A stretch of DNA of 64,000 nt from an uncultured Nitrospiraceae bacterium (GCA_963730935.1 CAVSTP010000003.1:512001-576000), one strand, 5' to 3'; counted from the first letter of the stretch, positions 40,885 through 50,675 are shown. The notes: generated by a model not told the origin, from the sequence alone. Made by a program: numbers and translations.

Positions 40885-42047
40885 GGGCGCCAGGCGATCA
40901 GACGCTGTGGCTGTTGGTGTCCTCGACGCTGCTGGCGTTGGCCGTGCCAGGCGTCGCGCTGTTTTACGGCGGCATGGTGAGAAAGAAAAACATCATGAAC
41001 ACGATCGCGCTCCCGTTTGTCGCGCTGGCGGTCGTATCGCTCGCATGGACGCTCGTCGGCAGCGGCTGGGCAGCCTGGAACGGGGCCGAACACGCCGCGG
41101 GTCATGAAGAGGCGCTGCGTTCGTTGTATCGAGGCATGATGGCGTCGGTCGCCCTGGCTTTGGTGGCCGGAGGCATCGTTGAGCGTATCCGCTTTTCGTT
41201 CTTTCTCGTCTTCGGACTCTGTTGGGTGGCAACGGTCTATGTTCCATTAGCGCAATCGTTATGGGGAGTGAACGGGTGGCTGGCAAATCTCGGCAGCCTG
41301 GACTTTGCGGGGGGCGCAGTGATCCACATTAGTGCCGGTGTTAGCGCGCTGGTGATGGCGATCACCATCGGGCCGCGGCATGGATATGGACGCATCGACA
41401 TGATGCCGAACCATTTGCCGTTCTCCTTCTGCGGGGCCGCGTTCATGTGGGTGGGCTGGTTCGGATTCACCGGAGCCGCCGCATCAGTGTCGATGGCGGT
41501 GGTGACCAGCGCCTTTGTGGCCATCCAGTTGTCGACGGTCGCCGCGGCGCTTGCCTGGATGGCAGTCGAGTGGCTCCAGCGGGATAAGCCGACGGCCTTG
41601 GGAGCCATGAGCGGCGCCGTCGCAGGCCTGGTGGCCATCGCGCCGGCGGCAGGCTACGTGAGCCCGTTGTCTTCGCTCGTGATCGGCGTAGGAGCGGGAG
41701 GCCTCTGCTACATGGTGGTCAATTACGTAAAGCTCATTCTGGGGTACGACGACTCCCTGGATGTCTTCGGAATGCACGGGGTTGGAGGCACCTGGGGGAT
41801 GATTGCGACCGGTTTGTTTGCATCGACTGAAGTCAACGCAGGGGGAAGCGACGGGTTGTTCTACGGATATCCATATCAGTTTTTCGCTCAGGTGGTGGCC
41901 GCCCTTGCCGCGTGGGTCGTGGCCGGCGTGATGACCTGGCTGTTGGTGAAGGTTCTCACGATGATCGTCGCGCCGCGCGTCGACGAAGAGGCGGAACGGA
42001 TGGGATTGGATCTTCATCAACACGGTGAGAAAGGCTACACGGGGTAA
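40881..42047 (+). CDS. Divergent ammonium transporter Amt (copy 3)
   Basis: DFAGGAVIHISAG, DDSLDVFGMHGVGG, GLDLHQHGEKGY retained; FQxMFA and FNxGS motifs altered. Confidence 0.9.
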   Translation: MRAPGDQTLWLLVSSTLLALAVPGVALFYGGMVRKKNIMNTIALPFVALAVVSLAWTLVGSGWAAWNGAEHAAGHEEALRSLYRGMMASVALALVAGGIVERIRFSFFLVFGLCWVATVYVPLAQSLWGVNGWLANLGSLDFAGGAVIHISAGVSALVMAITIGPRHGYGRIDMMPNHLPFSFCGAAFMWVGWFGFTGAAASVSMAVVTSAFVAIQLSTVAAALAWMAVEWLQRDKPTALGAMSGAVAGLVAIAPAAGYVSPLSSLVIGVGAGGLCYMVVNYVKLILGYDDSLDVFGMHGVGGTWGMIATGLFASTEVNAGGSDGLFYGYPYQFFAQVVAALAAWVVAGVMTWLLVKVLTMIVAPRVDEEAERMGLDLHQHGEKGYTG

Positions 42048-42051
42048 GGCC

Positions 42052-42498
42052 ATGGCCATTGTACACGACGATATCGGGCGGCGCCGTTTCCTGAGCCAGG
42101 CCGTGATGGGATTTGGGATGCTGTTCGGCATTGGCACGCTCGGCTTCCGCTTCCTGCAGTTTCTCTTACCGACACAGACCCGCAGGGAATCGGAGGCCGT
42201 GCTGATCGGCGCGGAGTCCCGCATTCCGCTTGGAGAAGCCGTGCCCATGGATCTTGGCGGCCGCAAGATTCTGGTGTTGAGGACAGAAGACGGTGTCGCG
42301 GCCTTTTCTCGACGCTGCACGGACCTGGGCTGCCTCGTGTCGTGGAACAAGGAGCGGTCGCAGTTCATCTGCCCCTGCCATCAGGGCACGTTCGACCGCA
42401 CCGGTCTGAACATTGCCGGGCCTCCTCCCCGGCCGTTGGACCGGTTGCAGATCGTCAAACGTGGCGAGCAGTTATACGTGAATATTCAGGCGACGTAG
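42052..42498 (+). CDS. Tat-anchored Rieske [2Fe-2S] protein with atypical box 1
   Basis: GRRRFLS signal/TM; CTDLGC and CPCHQGTFD; GPPPRPL. Confidence 0.9.
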   Translation: MAIVHDDIGRRRFLSQAVMGFGMLFGIGTLGFRFLQFLLPTQTRRESEAVLIGAESRIPLGEAVPMDLGGRKILVLRTEDGVAAFSRRCTDLGCLVSWNKERSQFICPCHQGTFDRTGLNIAGPPPRPLDRLQIVKRGEQLYVNIQAT

Positions 42499-42538
42499 CG
42501 AGACTCCGAAATCATCACCTATTCCGTAGGGTGAACGC

Positions 42539-43564
42539 GTGGCATCGACTGTTTCCGAGAATGCGAAACAAGAACCGGGCGAAAAATCCTGGGTGGATTA
42601 CATCCAGAAGGACCTGCCCCAGCATCTTGATTGGTGGCCCTATACGCTGGGAGCGCTGCCGCTGACCCTATTCGGCCTCTTGGTCGGGACCGGTCTGCTG
42701 CTGACGTTTTATTACGTGCCGTCACCGGAACGAGCCTATGAGAGCGTCGATGAGATTACCAACGAGATCTACCTCGGGTGGTTCGTGCGGGGCCTGCACA
42801 AGACCTCGGTGGATCTCATGATCCTGTTCTTGTTCTTCCATGTCATCCGAGTGTTCATCACGCGTGCCTATCGAACGCCCGGCGAGCTGAAGTGGGTGAG
42901 CGGCTCGATCGTGCTGTTCGTCACGCTGGCGATGGGGTTCACTGGCTATTCGCTCATCTTCGACAACGTCTCCTATTGGGGCATGACGGTCGTGACCAAC
43001 ATGATCGGGACGCTTCCGGTAATCGGCACCCCGCTGCTCCATCTGTTGCGAGGTGGTGAGGAAGTCTCGGGCGTCACGTTATTGCGACTGTACGACCTCC
43101 ATACCAAGCTGCTGCCCGTGTTATTGGGCGGGCTGGTCCTCGGCCATGTGGTGATCGTACGCCTGTTGGGGTTTGCGGAGGTGAAAGGCAGCCGCGGGTT
43201 CCATTCCTTCTACCCCGAGCACACCTTGAAGATGGGCGCCATGGCGACGGGACTGCTTTTGTTAATCGTCAATATCGTCATGATCTTTCCGCCGCTGTTG
43301 GGACCGCCGGCTAACGTCCAGGAGGTGGCATCAGACGTGTCGCCCCCCTGGTATTTTTCCGCGCCGTTCATGTGGATTACCTTGCTGCCTGGCCCTCTGG
43401 CGCTGTGGAGCCTCCTCGGCTTTGCCGGGCTCTTTGTCGTGTATCCCTTTCTGGACCGGGTGCTGGATGAACGCGGATGGCCGATGGAGATCGTCAATGC
43501 CCTTGTGGCAGCCACCGTGGTCTGCGCGATGGCAGGACTGATGTATCTCGATACGCTGATGTGA
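42539..43564 (+). CDS. Cytochrome b (b6-like core fused to subunit IV-like part)
   Basis: LLLTFYYVPSPERAYESV, RGLH..FH, GFTGYSL, YDLH..GH heme ligands, PPWY at the PEWY position. Confidence 0.92.
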   Translation: MASTVSENAKQEPGEKSWVDYIQKDLPQHLDWWPYTLGALPLTLFGLLVGTGLLLTFYYVPSPERAYESVDEITNEIYLGWFVRGLHKTSVDLMILFLFFHVIRVFITRAYRTPGELKWVSGSIVLFVTLAMGFTGYSLIFDNVSYWGMTVVTNMIGTLPVIGTPLLHLLRGGEEVSGVTLLRLYDLHTKLLPVLLGGLVLGHVVIVRLLGFAEVKGSRGFHSFYPEHTLKMGAMATGLLLLIVNIVMIFPPLLGPPANVQEVASDVSPPWYFSAPFMWITLLPGPLALWSLLGFAGLFVVYPFLDRVLDERGWPMEIVNALVAATVVCAMAGLMYLDTLM

Positions 43565-43612
43565 AGATTGGGCGCTCAGCCGTCCGCTTTTGATGGCTTA
43601 CAAGGAGGTTAC

Positions 43613-45043
43613 ATGGACGAGCGCAATAGACAGCCTGATGAACGTGAGGACGAACATGCCCGTTCGAGCAACGGCAAGAAAAACTTCGCCCGCTATATGA
43701 TCGGCGGGCTCTGCCTGATCCTCTTTCTCGCACTCACGGGCGTCGGCTATGTCCAGGTCGAAGAGCGGCGAGGCGGCGGTCTCCGGCCGTTTGTTTCCGG
43801 AGAAAACAAGAAATGCATCGACTGCCACATGGCCAAAGACGTCGCCGTGGGGGGCATCAACGATTGGAAAGTCAGCCGCCATGCGCCGAAGGGGATCGGC
43901 TGCGTCGAATGCCATCGGGCTGAGAAGGGCGAAGCGGACGCCTACGACCACGAGGGATTTCTCATCTCGACGCTCGTCACTCCCAAGGATTGCATGCGAT
44001 GCCACGATCGAGAGGCCAAGGAATTTGCCAAGTCCCATCACGCCAAAGCTGCGCAGTTTACCGGCTCATTGGACAATTTTCTGGGCAACGTCGTCGAAGG
44101 TCCGGAGATCGTGACCACCGGGTGCGCCGGCTGTCACGGCAGCGTGGTGAAGGTGATGGAGAAGGGCAAGCTCCATCCGGCCACCTGGCCCAACTCCGGC
44201 ATCGGGCGGGTGAATCCCGACGGCTCGAAAGGCACCTGCTCCGCTTGTCATGCACGGCATAGCTTCTCGGTAGCCCAAGCCAGGCAGCCGGAGAGCTGCG
44301 GCCGCTGCCACATGGGGCCCGACCATCCGCAGATTGAAGCCTATTATGAAAGCAAGCATGGCGTCATGTACGAGGCCAACAAGGAGAAGATGAAGCTCGC
44401 GGACCCGACGGAGAAGTGGCATCCAGGCAAGGATTATCTGTATCCCACCTGCGCTACCTGTCACATGAGCGCGACGGGGACACAGGAGGTGACGCACGAT
44501 GTGGGAGACCGTATCAGCTGGACGCTACGGCCGGTGATCTCCACGCGTCTCGAGAACTACGAAGACCGGCGCAAAGCCATGCGGCAAGTCTGCGCGTCGT
44601 GCCATAGCGAACAGATCGTGGACCGGTTCTTTACCTCGATGGACCAGGGCATCAACCTGTACAACGACAAATTCGGCAAACCTGCGAAAGTAGCGATGGA
44701 CCAGCTGCTGGCCATGAAGAAGCTTACGCCAACGCCATACGACGAAAAGATCGAATGGATCTTCTATGAATTGTGGCACCACGAGGGACGGCGCGCGCGG
44801 CACGGGCTGTCCAAGATCGCGCCTGATTACGTCCACTGGCAGGGGTTCTACGAAGTGGCCAAGACGTTCTACACCAAGTTTCTCCCGCTGGTGCGGGAGC
44901 TGTCGCCGCAGGTGGCGGAGGAGATGCTTCGTCATGAGAGCCACCGCTGGATCGAAAAAGGCATGACAAAGGAAGAAATTGGCCAGATGTTGGAGTTCTA
45001 TAACAAGGAAATGCAGGGAAAGAGGGGAGGAGTGGATGGGTAG
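43613..45043 (+). CDS. Membrane-anchored octaheme cytochrome c, HAO family (probable assimilatory nitrite reductase)
   Basis: Eight CxxCH motifs (CIDCH, CVECH, CMRCH, CAGCH, CSACH, CGRCH, CATCH, CASCH); CHMGPDHPQIE and PDYVHWQG; N-terminal TM; RBS aaggagg. Confidence 0.9.
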   Translation: MDERNRQPDEREDEHARSSNGKKNFARYMIGGLCLILFLALTGVGYVQVEERRGGGLRPFVSGENKKCIDCHMAKDVAVGGINDWKVSRHAPKGIGCVECHRAEKGEADAYDHEGFLISTLVTPKDCMRCHDREAKEFAKSHHAKAAQFTGSLDNFLGNVVEGPEIVTTGCAGCHGSVVKVMEKGKLHPATWPNSGIGRVNPDGSKGTCSACHARHSFSVAQARQPESCGRCHMGPDHPQIEAYYESKHGVMYEANKEKMKLADPTEKWHPGKDYLYPTCATCHMSATGTQEVTHDVGDRISWTLRPVISTRLENYEDRRKAMRQVCASCHSEQIVDRFFTSMDQGINLYNDKFGKPAKVAMDQLLAMKKLTPTPYDEKIEWIFYELWHHEGRRARHGLSKIAPDYVHWQGFYEVAKTFYTKFLPLVRELSPQVAEEMLRHESHRWIEKGMTKEEIGQMLEFYNKEMQGKRGGVDG

Positions 45044-45115
45044 GCTCCACGCTGTTCCCCTTGAGCAACGTCCGCGGTTGCGCTATCCTGCGTCTCGCCA
45101 TTCAAGAGGGACGCA

Positions 45116-45871
45116 ATGCCAAAACGGGTTCGCAGTGGGTTAACACGTACTGACATTCTTCACCGCTACGTGGAGCGGTTCAGACAACAACTGATCAAGC
45201 TGCGGCTGTTCCTCTCCCGCAAGCGGAGCACGACGACCATTGAGGACTTTGATGAGGCGGCGGAAGAGCTGATCAGCCAGGTGTTCGGAGCTGCCTCGGA
45301 TGAAGCCGAGGCCTATTTCTACGCTAAGAGTGGGGAGTCCGCCTTATTGCCTGAGGAGGCCCAGGAAAACGGAACGCACGACGTTGAGCGTGAAAGCCTC
45401 CAACAACGCCGGCAAGTATTGGAAAGTTGCCTGGCCGATCTCGAGATGCGTCGCGTGGTGCAGGCAGCACGACATGGCAACGGCAAAGAATTTTCAAAGT
45501 CGAAAGTCGAAGACTACATGTCCCACGACGTGCGCAGCATCCATCGAGCGGCCACCATTAAGGAAGCCGGGCTGCTGTTTCAGAAATACAAGGTGGGTTC
45601 GCTGATCGTGGACGACGGATCCCGCTATATCGGCATCGTCACGGATTCCGATCTCAGTCGAAAAGCCGTCGCCAAGGGTCTGGACCCAAACACGACGACC
45701 GTCACGTCCTGTATGAGCAAATCGCTCGTGACGATCGAAGAAGACGAGTTGCTGTCGGAAGCCATGGGGCTGATGAAAAAGCAGGGGATCCGTCACCTGC
45801 CCGTGACCGCCGACGGCACGATCATCGGCGTGTTGTCCGTCGCGGACCTCCTTCGCGCCTTGACCGACTGA
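45116..45871 (+). CDS. CBS-pair domain protein with N-terminal helical domain
   Basis: VEDYMSHDV, VGSLIV, IGIVTDSDL, IRHLPV, IGVLSVADLL. Confidence 0.85.
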   Translation: MPKRVRSGLTRTDILHRYVERFRQQLIKLRLFLSRKRSTTTIEDFDEAAEELISQVFGAASDEAEAYFYAKSGESALLPEEAQENGTHDVERESLQQRRQVLESCLADLEMRRVVQAARHGNGKEFSKSKVEDYMSHDVRSIHRAATIKEAGLLFQKYKVGSLIVDDGSRYIGIVTDSDLSRKAVAKGLDPNTTTVTSCMSKSLVTIEEDELLSEAMGLMKKQGIRHLPVTADGTIIGVLSVADLLRALTD

Positions 45872-45960
45872 CCGGCCTCCTGGTCAGTCGCGCGCAGAGA
45901 CTTCTTCCTCAAAAGCCTGAACCTCCCCATCAATTGTTTGGCTACGGCGACCCGGCGCGA

Positions 45961-46112
45961 TCATCGGCCCGAGCGTTGGCGCCGATAGAATCGGACACCA
46001 CACCGATTGCAGTGCCAGGGGGGAACATACCCAACAGACGGAAGAGAAAATCCTGCCAACTGTGACGGGTGGCACGATGGCATTCTTCTGATGAACAGTA
46101 CCGGCAGTGCAT
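45961..46112 (-). pseudogene. Small zinc-ribbon-like protein frameshifted in a C6 tract
   Basis: MHCRYCSSEE...LLGMFP / WHCNRCGVRFYRRQRSGR*; the two CxxC halves join only if the G6 run at 46018-46023 changes length. Confidence 0.6.
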
Positions 46113-46217
46113 CCGGGACGCTGGGCTGTATCTGCCGCCTCTCTCCAGCATGAGCCACTCGGTTGTCACTCGCTCCGCTCGCGCCGCCTGGAGGATCGGC
46201 CGCGTGAGATAAGAAGG

Positions 46218-46619
46218 TTAAGAAGAGACGGGAGTCAGCATGTTCGCATCGCGAGCCAGCACCCATTTGCCGTGGTGCTTCTTGAGCACCGATAGCGTAT
46301 GACCCGCACGGGTCACGGATGAGCCGCCGGCCGACGGTGTCATGACGACTGAAAGCTTGGTCCAGATGAAGGCCCACTCGCCGAGAACGGTGATTTCTTG
46401 GATCTCGCTGGTCCCGTCGAACTTCGGTGCGTCTTTTCCCATTTGAGCACCTGCTGCCGCCGCAAAGTCGGCCTTGCGCATGGGTGGCTGGCCAGGCATG
46501 AGAAATACGACGTCATCGGACATCAAGGATAGAACCTTCTCGATGTCACCGGCCTTAGTGGCCGCGATCCAGGTGGACACTAATTCACGAATCTGCTGCT
46601 CATCGCTCTGAGTGGACAT
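46218..46619 (-). CDS. NTF2-like/SnoaL (DUF4440-type) protein
   Basis: IRELVSTWIAATKAGDIEKVLSLMSDDVVF, GHTLSVLKK..GKWVLARDAN. Confidence 0.85.
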   Translation of the reverse strand: MSTQSDEQQIRELVSTWIAATKAGDIEKVLSLMSDDVVFLMPGQPPMRKADFAAAAGAQMGKDAPKFDGTSEIQEITVLGEWAFIWTKLSVVMTPSAGGSSVTRAGHTLSVLKKHHGKWVLARDANMLTPVSS

Positions 46620-46794
46620 GGCCCCGCAAGGCTATTCTTGGGAACCAAGTCGAGTCAACTGGTAGAAGGCGTTGGTGTGACCGGTTGGAGGGCGGAGAGG
46701 ACGTCGCTCCTGTCAGGAATTTTCAGCGTGCGAGCGGTAATGATGGGCTACAGGGAGCGGATTGATCCAGATCCGATCCGCTCTCCTTGCGGCT

Positions 46795-47850
46795 TCAAGC
46801 TTTCCTGGGGGACAGCCTCTCCTCTTTCCCAAAATTCCAGATCGTTTCCGCTTTGCTGCCGATGTACCAGAAGCTGGCTGCCAGCAGCGCGAAGAAAATC
46901 GCCTTATGGAGGTTGTTCCAAAATAATTCGAAGAAGCGGGTATAGAGGTTGATGCCCAGGAATGTGACGCCGAAGCCTTTGGTGATATCGTTGTCGTGCC
47001 GCAAGCCGTGATAGATCGCCCACCCCGCCACCGCTGCGAACAGGATCGACCAATGGAACAGCTCGATCTGCTTCACCCGTTCCCACGCATGCATGTCTCC
47101 ATAATTGCCGAATATGGACATGATCCATAACGCAATGAAGAGATAGAGCAGGCCCATGACCAGCGTGCTGCGATGGAATCGTGCCGCCACCGGATGGGGT
47201 TCCAAGGCCAACGCGCATCCCGTCAGCACGGTGCCGAAGAGGACGAAGCGTAGCGGATAGTTCATTCCCAGATAATAGGCTCCCCAGCCGGACATATAGC
47301 CGGTCTCCGTTCCCATCCAGCCGCCGAGTGAAGCCAGTGCAAACACCCAGATCAGATTCGATTCCAGCGCGACGCCGAGGATGGCGTAGACGAGAAACGA
47401 CAGCAGCAGCAACAGCGAATAGTGGCCGCTGCCCGTATCAAGCGCCGCCCCGAGCTGTGATACAGCGCCGGCGGTCGTCAGCACGCCGAGAAAGAAGATC
47501 GCTTCGTTGCGATAGACACGATCCGGAGCCTGTTGCCGCTTGCTGAGTCCCAGGCGGTACAATCCTGCCGCCACGACAGCCAGGACCGCGCATTTAAGCA
47601 AGGGAGGGGCCTTGAAGATAACTTCGAGCAAATCTTGAAGCATCCGATCGGAGAGCGCCGCACTGACCGACGAAATGATCGAGAAGAGCGCAATCCAGAA
47701 CGAGTACTTGGCCAACTTCCGCCAATCGAAATACTGCACTTCAATCGTGCCGGCAAGTATTGCGGCCTGCGCCTCAGGAATCACGCCGTCCTGTTTCCAT
47801 CGTGCGATGGCCTCTTGGACCACGGCAGCCTGCTTGCGGGGAAGCTTCAT
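46795..47850 (-). CDS. Multi-pass membrane protein (DUF2157-like)
   Basis: N-terminal IARWKQDGVIPEAQA, about 10 TM helices, NLYTRFFELFW. Confidence 0.75.
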   Translation of the reverse strand: MKLPRKQAAVVQEAIARWKQDGVIPEAQAAILAGTIEVQYFDWRKLAKYSFWIALFSIISSVSAALSDRMLQDLLEVIFKAPPLLKCAVLAVVAAGLYRLGLSKRQQAPDRVYRNEAIFFLGVLTTAGAVSQLGAALDTGSGHYSLLLLLSFLVYAILGVALESNLIWVFALASLGGWMGTETGYMSGWGAYYLGMNYPLRFVLFGTVLTGCALALEPHPVAARFHRSTLVMGLLYLFIALWIMSIFGNYGDMHAWERVKQIELFHWSILFAAVAGWAIYHGLRHDNDITKGFGVTFLGINLYTRFFELFWNNLHKAIFFALLAASFWYIGSKAETIWNFGKEERLSPRKA

Positions 47851-48030
47851 GGCGGGCCCTCGTTGAGGTGAGAAGCGAGTGGGAATCGGGTGAGCCGATT
47901 ATAGAGCGGATTGGAATTACCAGCTATCGAAAGGAGAAATGGTGCGCCAGCTCGCAACGAAATATGATGCTCCTTCCGAGCTTGCTGGTCCTTCCTTTCC
48001 CTAAAGCTTTTAGAGAGCTCTTCCTCTTTG

Positions 48031-48127
48031 GCGGGTGACGCTGACCTGGGCGCCCAGTCGCCTGCAGCGGGGTCCCCACACCGGGCGGGGTGCGAAGCCG
48101 ACTGGGCTGGTCAGCGGCAGGACCCGC
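48031..48127 (-). repeat. Intergenic palindromic repeat, family A, inverted copy
   Basis: Reverse complement gcgggtcctg..gaccagcccag..tcgcaccccgcccggtgtgggg..cccaggtca..cacccgc matches 12841-12979. Confidence 0.8.
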
Positions 48128-48148
48128 CTTTCTTGTTCCTCTCACAGC

Positions 48149-49399
48149 TCAATTCGCTCCTCCCGCGCTCACATAGCTCTTTCGGTACGTGGTGACCTTT
48201 TCCAAATAATTGCGGGTTTCTTGATAGGGAAGATCGGCCCGTAACTTGTCGTAGAGGACGGCGGGTTGAAGGCCATTGATCTGCTGTACGGCGGTTGTCC
48301 GATTCTTGGAGAAGGTACGCAGGACGTTGCCGGGGCCCGTGTTGTACGCGGCGATCACACAATATTCGCGCGAAACCTCGTTGGCCACCTCCTCCAGTTG
48401 ATTGAACGTGAGCACGTTCAGATAGGCCGTGCCGAGCTCCACGTTGTTCTGGGGGTCAAAGAGATAGTCCCTGGTTGGCGCGACATCCTCTCCCTTCGCC
48501 CGGCGATAGGCTTCGCGACCGCCGCTCGTCGGCACCAGTTGCATGAGGCCATAGGCCGGGGCCGAACTGACGGCGTAGGGATTGAAATTGCTTTCAGTCC
48601 TGATGATCGCGAACACCAGGCTCGGACTCATCTTGTACTGTTCGGCATAACGAAGCACCATTGTACGATATTTCTCCGCCTGCTTTTGCGGAAGGTTCAC
48701 CACCATGTTCATGTTCACGAACGTGGCTTGTTTCCTGCTTTCGCCCTGTTCGATGACTCTCGTGCCGATTTTCTTGTCCAACAGGTGGTTGGCGAAGGCT
48801 TCCGCCTCAGCCTGCGTGCGTACCGGTTTCCCATGTTGGTCCAACACGAGTCCGAGCAGGTAGGGTTCTTCGTTGTTGTTTACCGGGACCTCTTTATCCG
48901 AAAAGACATCCACCACACGGGGATCCTGCGGCGTCAATAGTGTCATTACCACGGCATGGCTGAGGCTCTCCTGAGGATTCTTTTCATCCACCGTTTCCAC
49001 GGTAATCTGCCCGCGGTCGAAATCGACGATGGCACGGCTTCGATAGTTTTGCGTGTATTTCACATATTTCTTCTTCTCGGGAAGCTTAACTTCTTTTGGT
49101 CCCCACTTTTCTTTGACGTTACCAGTCAGGGCATCGTACAGCGCCTGGAATTCGTGCTGAGCGGCATGAAGGTCCTTGAGCAGCCGTTCAGGGTCACGCG
49201 CATAGTCATCGAGCCGCCCCTTGGCGATCTTTGAAGGGTCTTTCCCTCCAATGAGCGCGACGACATCCCTCCCGGTCCGGCCCGCGACTGCGTGCTCGGT
49301 GGCCTTTAGCATTCGATCCGTCGACTCGCAGCTAAGTAGAGCCAGCGAGAGGAAGGGCAATACAAATACGCGAAGCGTCAGACCCAGCATGGGGGGCAT
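48149..49399 (-). CDS. mltC: Membrane-bound lytic murein transglycosylase, MltC-like
   Basis: Lipobox LLSC; YVKYTQNYRSRAIVDFDRG; SLT motifs IRTESNFNP, AYGLMQLVP, AAYNTGPG. Confidence 0.85.
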   Translation of the reverse strand: MPPMLGLTLRVFVLPFLSLALLSCESTDRMLKATEHAVAGRTGRDVVALIGGKDPSKIAKGRLDDYARDPERLLKDLHAAQHEFQALYDALTGNVKEKWGPKEVKLPEKKKYVKYTQNYRSRAIVDFDRGQITVETVDEKNPQESLSHAVVMTLLTPQDPRVVDVFSDKEVPVNNNEEPYLLGLVLDQHGKPVRTQAEAEAFANHLLDKKIGTRVIEQGESRKQATFVNMNMVVNLPQKQAEKYRTMVLRYAEQYKMSPSLVFAIIRTESNFNPYAVSSAPAYGLMQLVPTSGGREAYRRAKGEDVAPTRDYLFDPQNNVELGTAYLNVLTFNQLEEVANEVSREYCVIAAYNTGPGNVLRTFSKNRTTAVQQINGLQPAVLYDKLRADLPYQETRNYLEKVTTYRKSYVSAGGAN

Positions 49400-49496
49400 T
49401 TTACTACAGGAAAGACACTCAGTCCTCTGAAAGTTTTGTTTTGTCTCCAGAAAAAATAGATTACAGAAATTTTACATCATCCTTACCAAGGACCGA

Positions 49497-50675
49497 TTGA
49501 ATCCGAATGACTTTCTGATTACATTCGGACGCATGCATGACATTCTAAAATTTACACTCTTCTGTGTGTTGTTCCTTGGTCACGACTCGGTCTGGGCAGG
49601 CGGGGACGAATGGAAAACGAGCCCAAAACCGGCGGACACGTCCTGGTACCAGGCCAGGCTCACCCCAATGTCCGATGGTGTTCCCATGGCGCCGCCCAAC
49701 GTGCGGAATCTGACGCCCGATACCGATCGGCCGCGCACACAAGGGATCCTGGCATCGACGACGTGGCTCAAAGGCGCATTCTCTACGGAAACGGAAGTCG
49801 CGACCAATCAAGCGATCTCTCCGGGAGACGATCCCTCAAGTCGCATGATGCGACTCGGCGTCAGCGGCTCGGCGGGGCTCGTGCGCTACGGCATGACCTA
49901 TCGCACGGCGGATCAGACTTTCTCTCAGACACCAGGCCAAGAGCAGAGGGAAGCCTGGGGAGAGTGGAAGAACGGAGCGATGGCGATCCGCAGCGCCGTC
50001 GGACAACGAAGTCAACTCGACGCCGACGCTACAGGCAATCGAGTGCAACAGAGTTACAACCGGATCGATGTGTTATGGGGCAAGCCTGCATGGCCGCATC
50101 TCGCACTCAAATATGCGCAGAATGCTGCGAGCAACACGATAGATCCCTTGAGCCTGGTTCCGCAGAGGGCCGATCATCACCGGGTCGAGGCAGTGGTCGG
50201 CTATGGCGGTGCGATGTGGAAGGCCAGCCTGGCCTCCAGCTATGGCCTTGAAACCGATCTCATGAACCATGGCGCGGAGAGACAAGTCAAAACGCAATCC
50301 ATCACGGCCTCGTTGCGTCCGCATGAGTCGCTCACCATCACGCCCACGCTTGGCTATCGTGCCGAGCAGCAAGAATGGTCGGGCGGGCGGATAGATTCGC
50401 CATCAGCATCCCTCTCCATGAATTACACACAGAGCCCGCGGATGAACTTTTCTGCGACGGGGAACTACTCTGGCCTGCGATCCACCGATAAGCTCATCGA
50501 GTTGGACAGCATCGGCGGGAAAGGCATCGTCTCATTGGAACTCGAACCGGTAAAAGACTGGAAACCGCAGCTCTCTCTGGAGGGTGGCTATAATCTACAA
50601 GTCAATCGACTCATGCCCTCGGCTCAAACCGAAAACCTCTCCGGCCTCCTGCGCCTCGTCCTGGCCACGATGTAG
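49497..50675 (+). CDS. Hypothetical secreted or outer-membrane beta-rich protein (start uncertain)
   Basis: Long ORF, signal-like N-terminus, alternating beta-strand pattern. Confidence 0.6.
   Translation: MNPNDFLITFGRMHDILKFTLFCVLFLGHDSVWAGGDEWKTSPKPADTSWYQARLTPMSDGVPMAPPNVRNLTPDTDRPRTQGILASTTWLKGAFSTETEVATNQAISPGDDPSSRMMRLGVSGSAGLVRYGMTYRTADQTFSQTPGQEQREAWGEWKNGAMAIRSAVGQRSQLDADATGNRVQQSYNRIDVLWGKPAWPHLALKYAQNAASNTIDPLSLVPQRADHHRVEAVVGYGGAMWKASLASSYGLETDLMNHGAERQVKTQSITASLRPHESLTITPTLGYRAEQQEWSGGRIDSPSASLSMNYTQSPRMNFSATGNYSGLRSTDKLIELDSIGGKGIVSLELEPVKDWKPQLSLEGGYNLQVNRLMPSAQTENLSGLLRLVLATM

Noticed and set aside
43613..45043. Calling the octaheme protein a hydroxylamine-oxidising HAO (comammox marker)
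   Set aside because: Trp at the apparent cross-link position, no haoB/cycAB or amo genes nearby, and an assimilatory context
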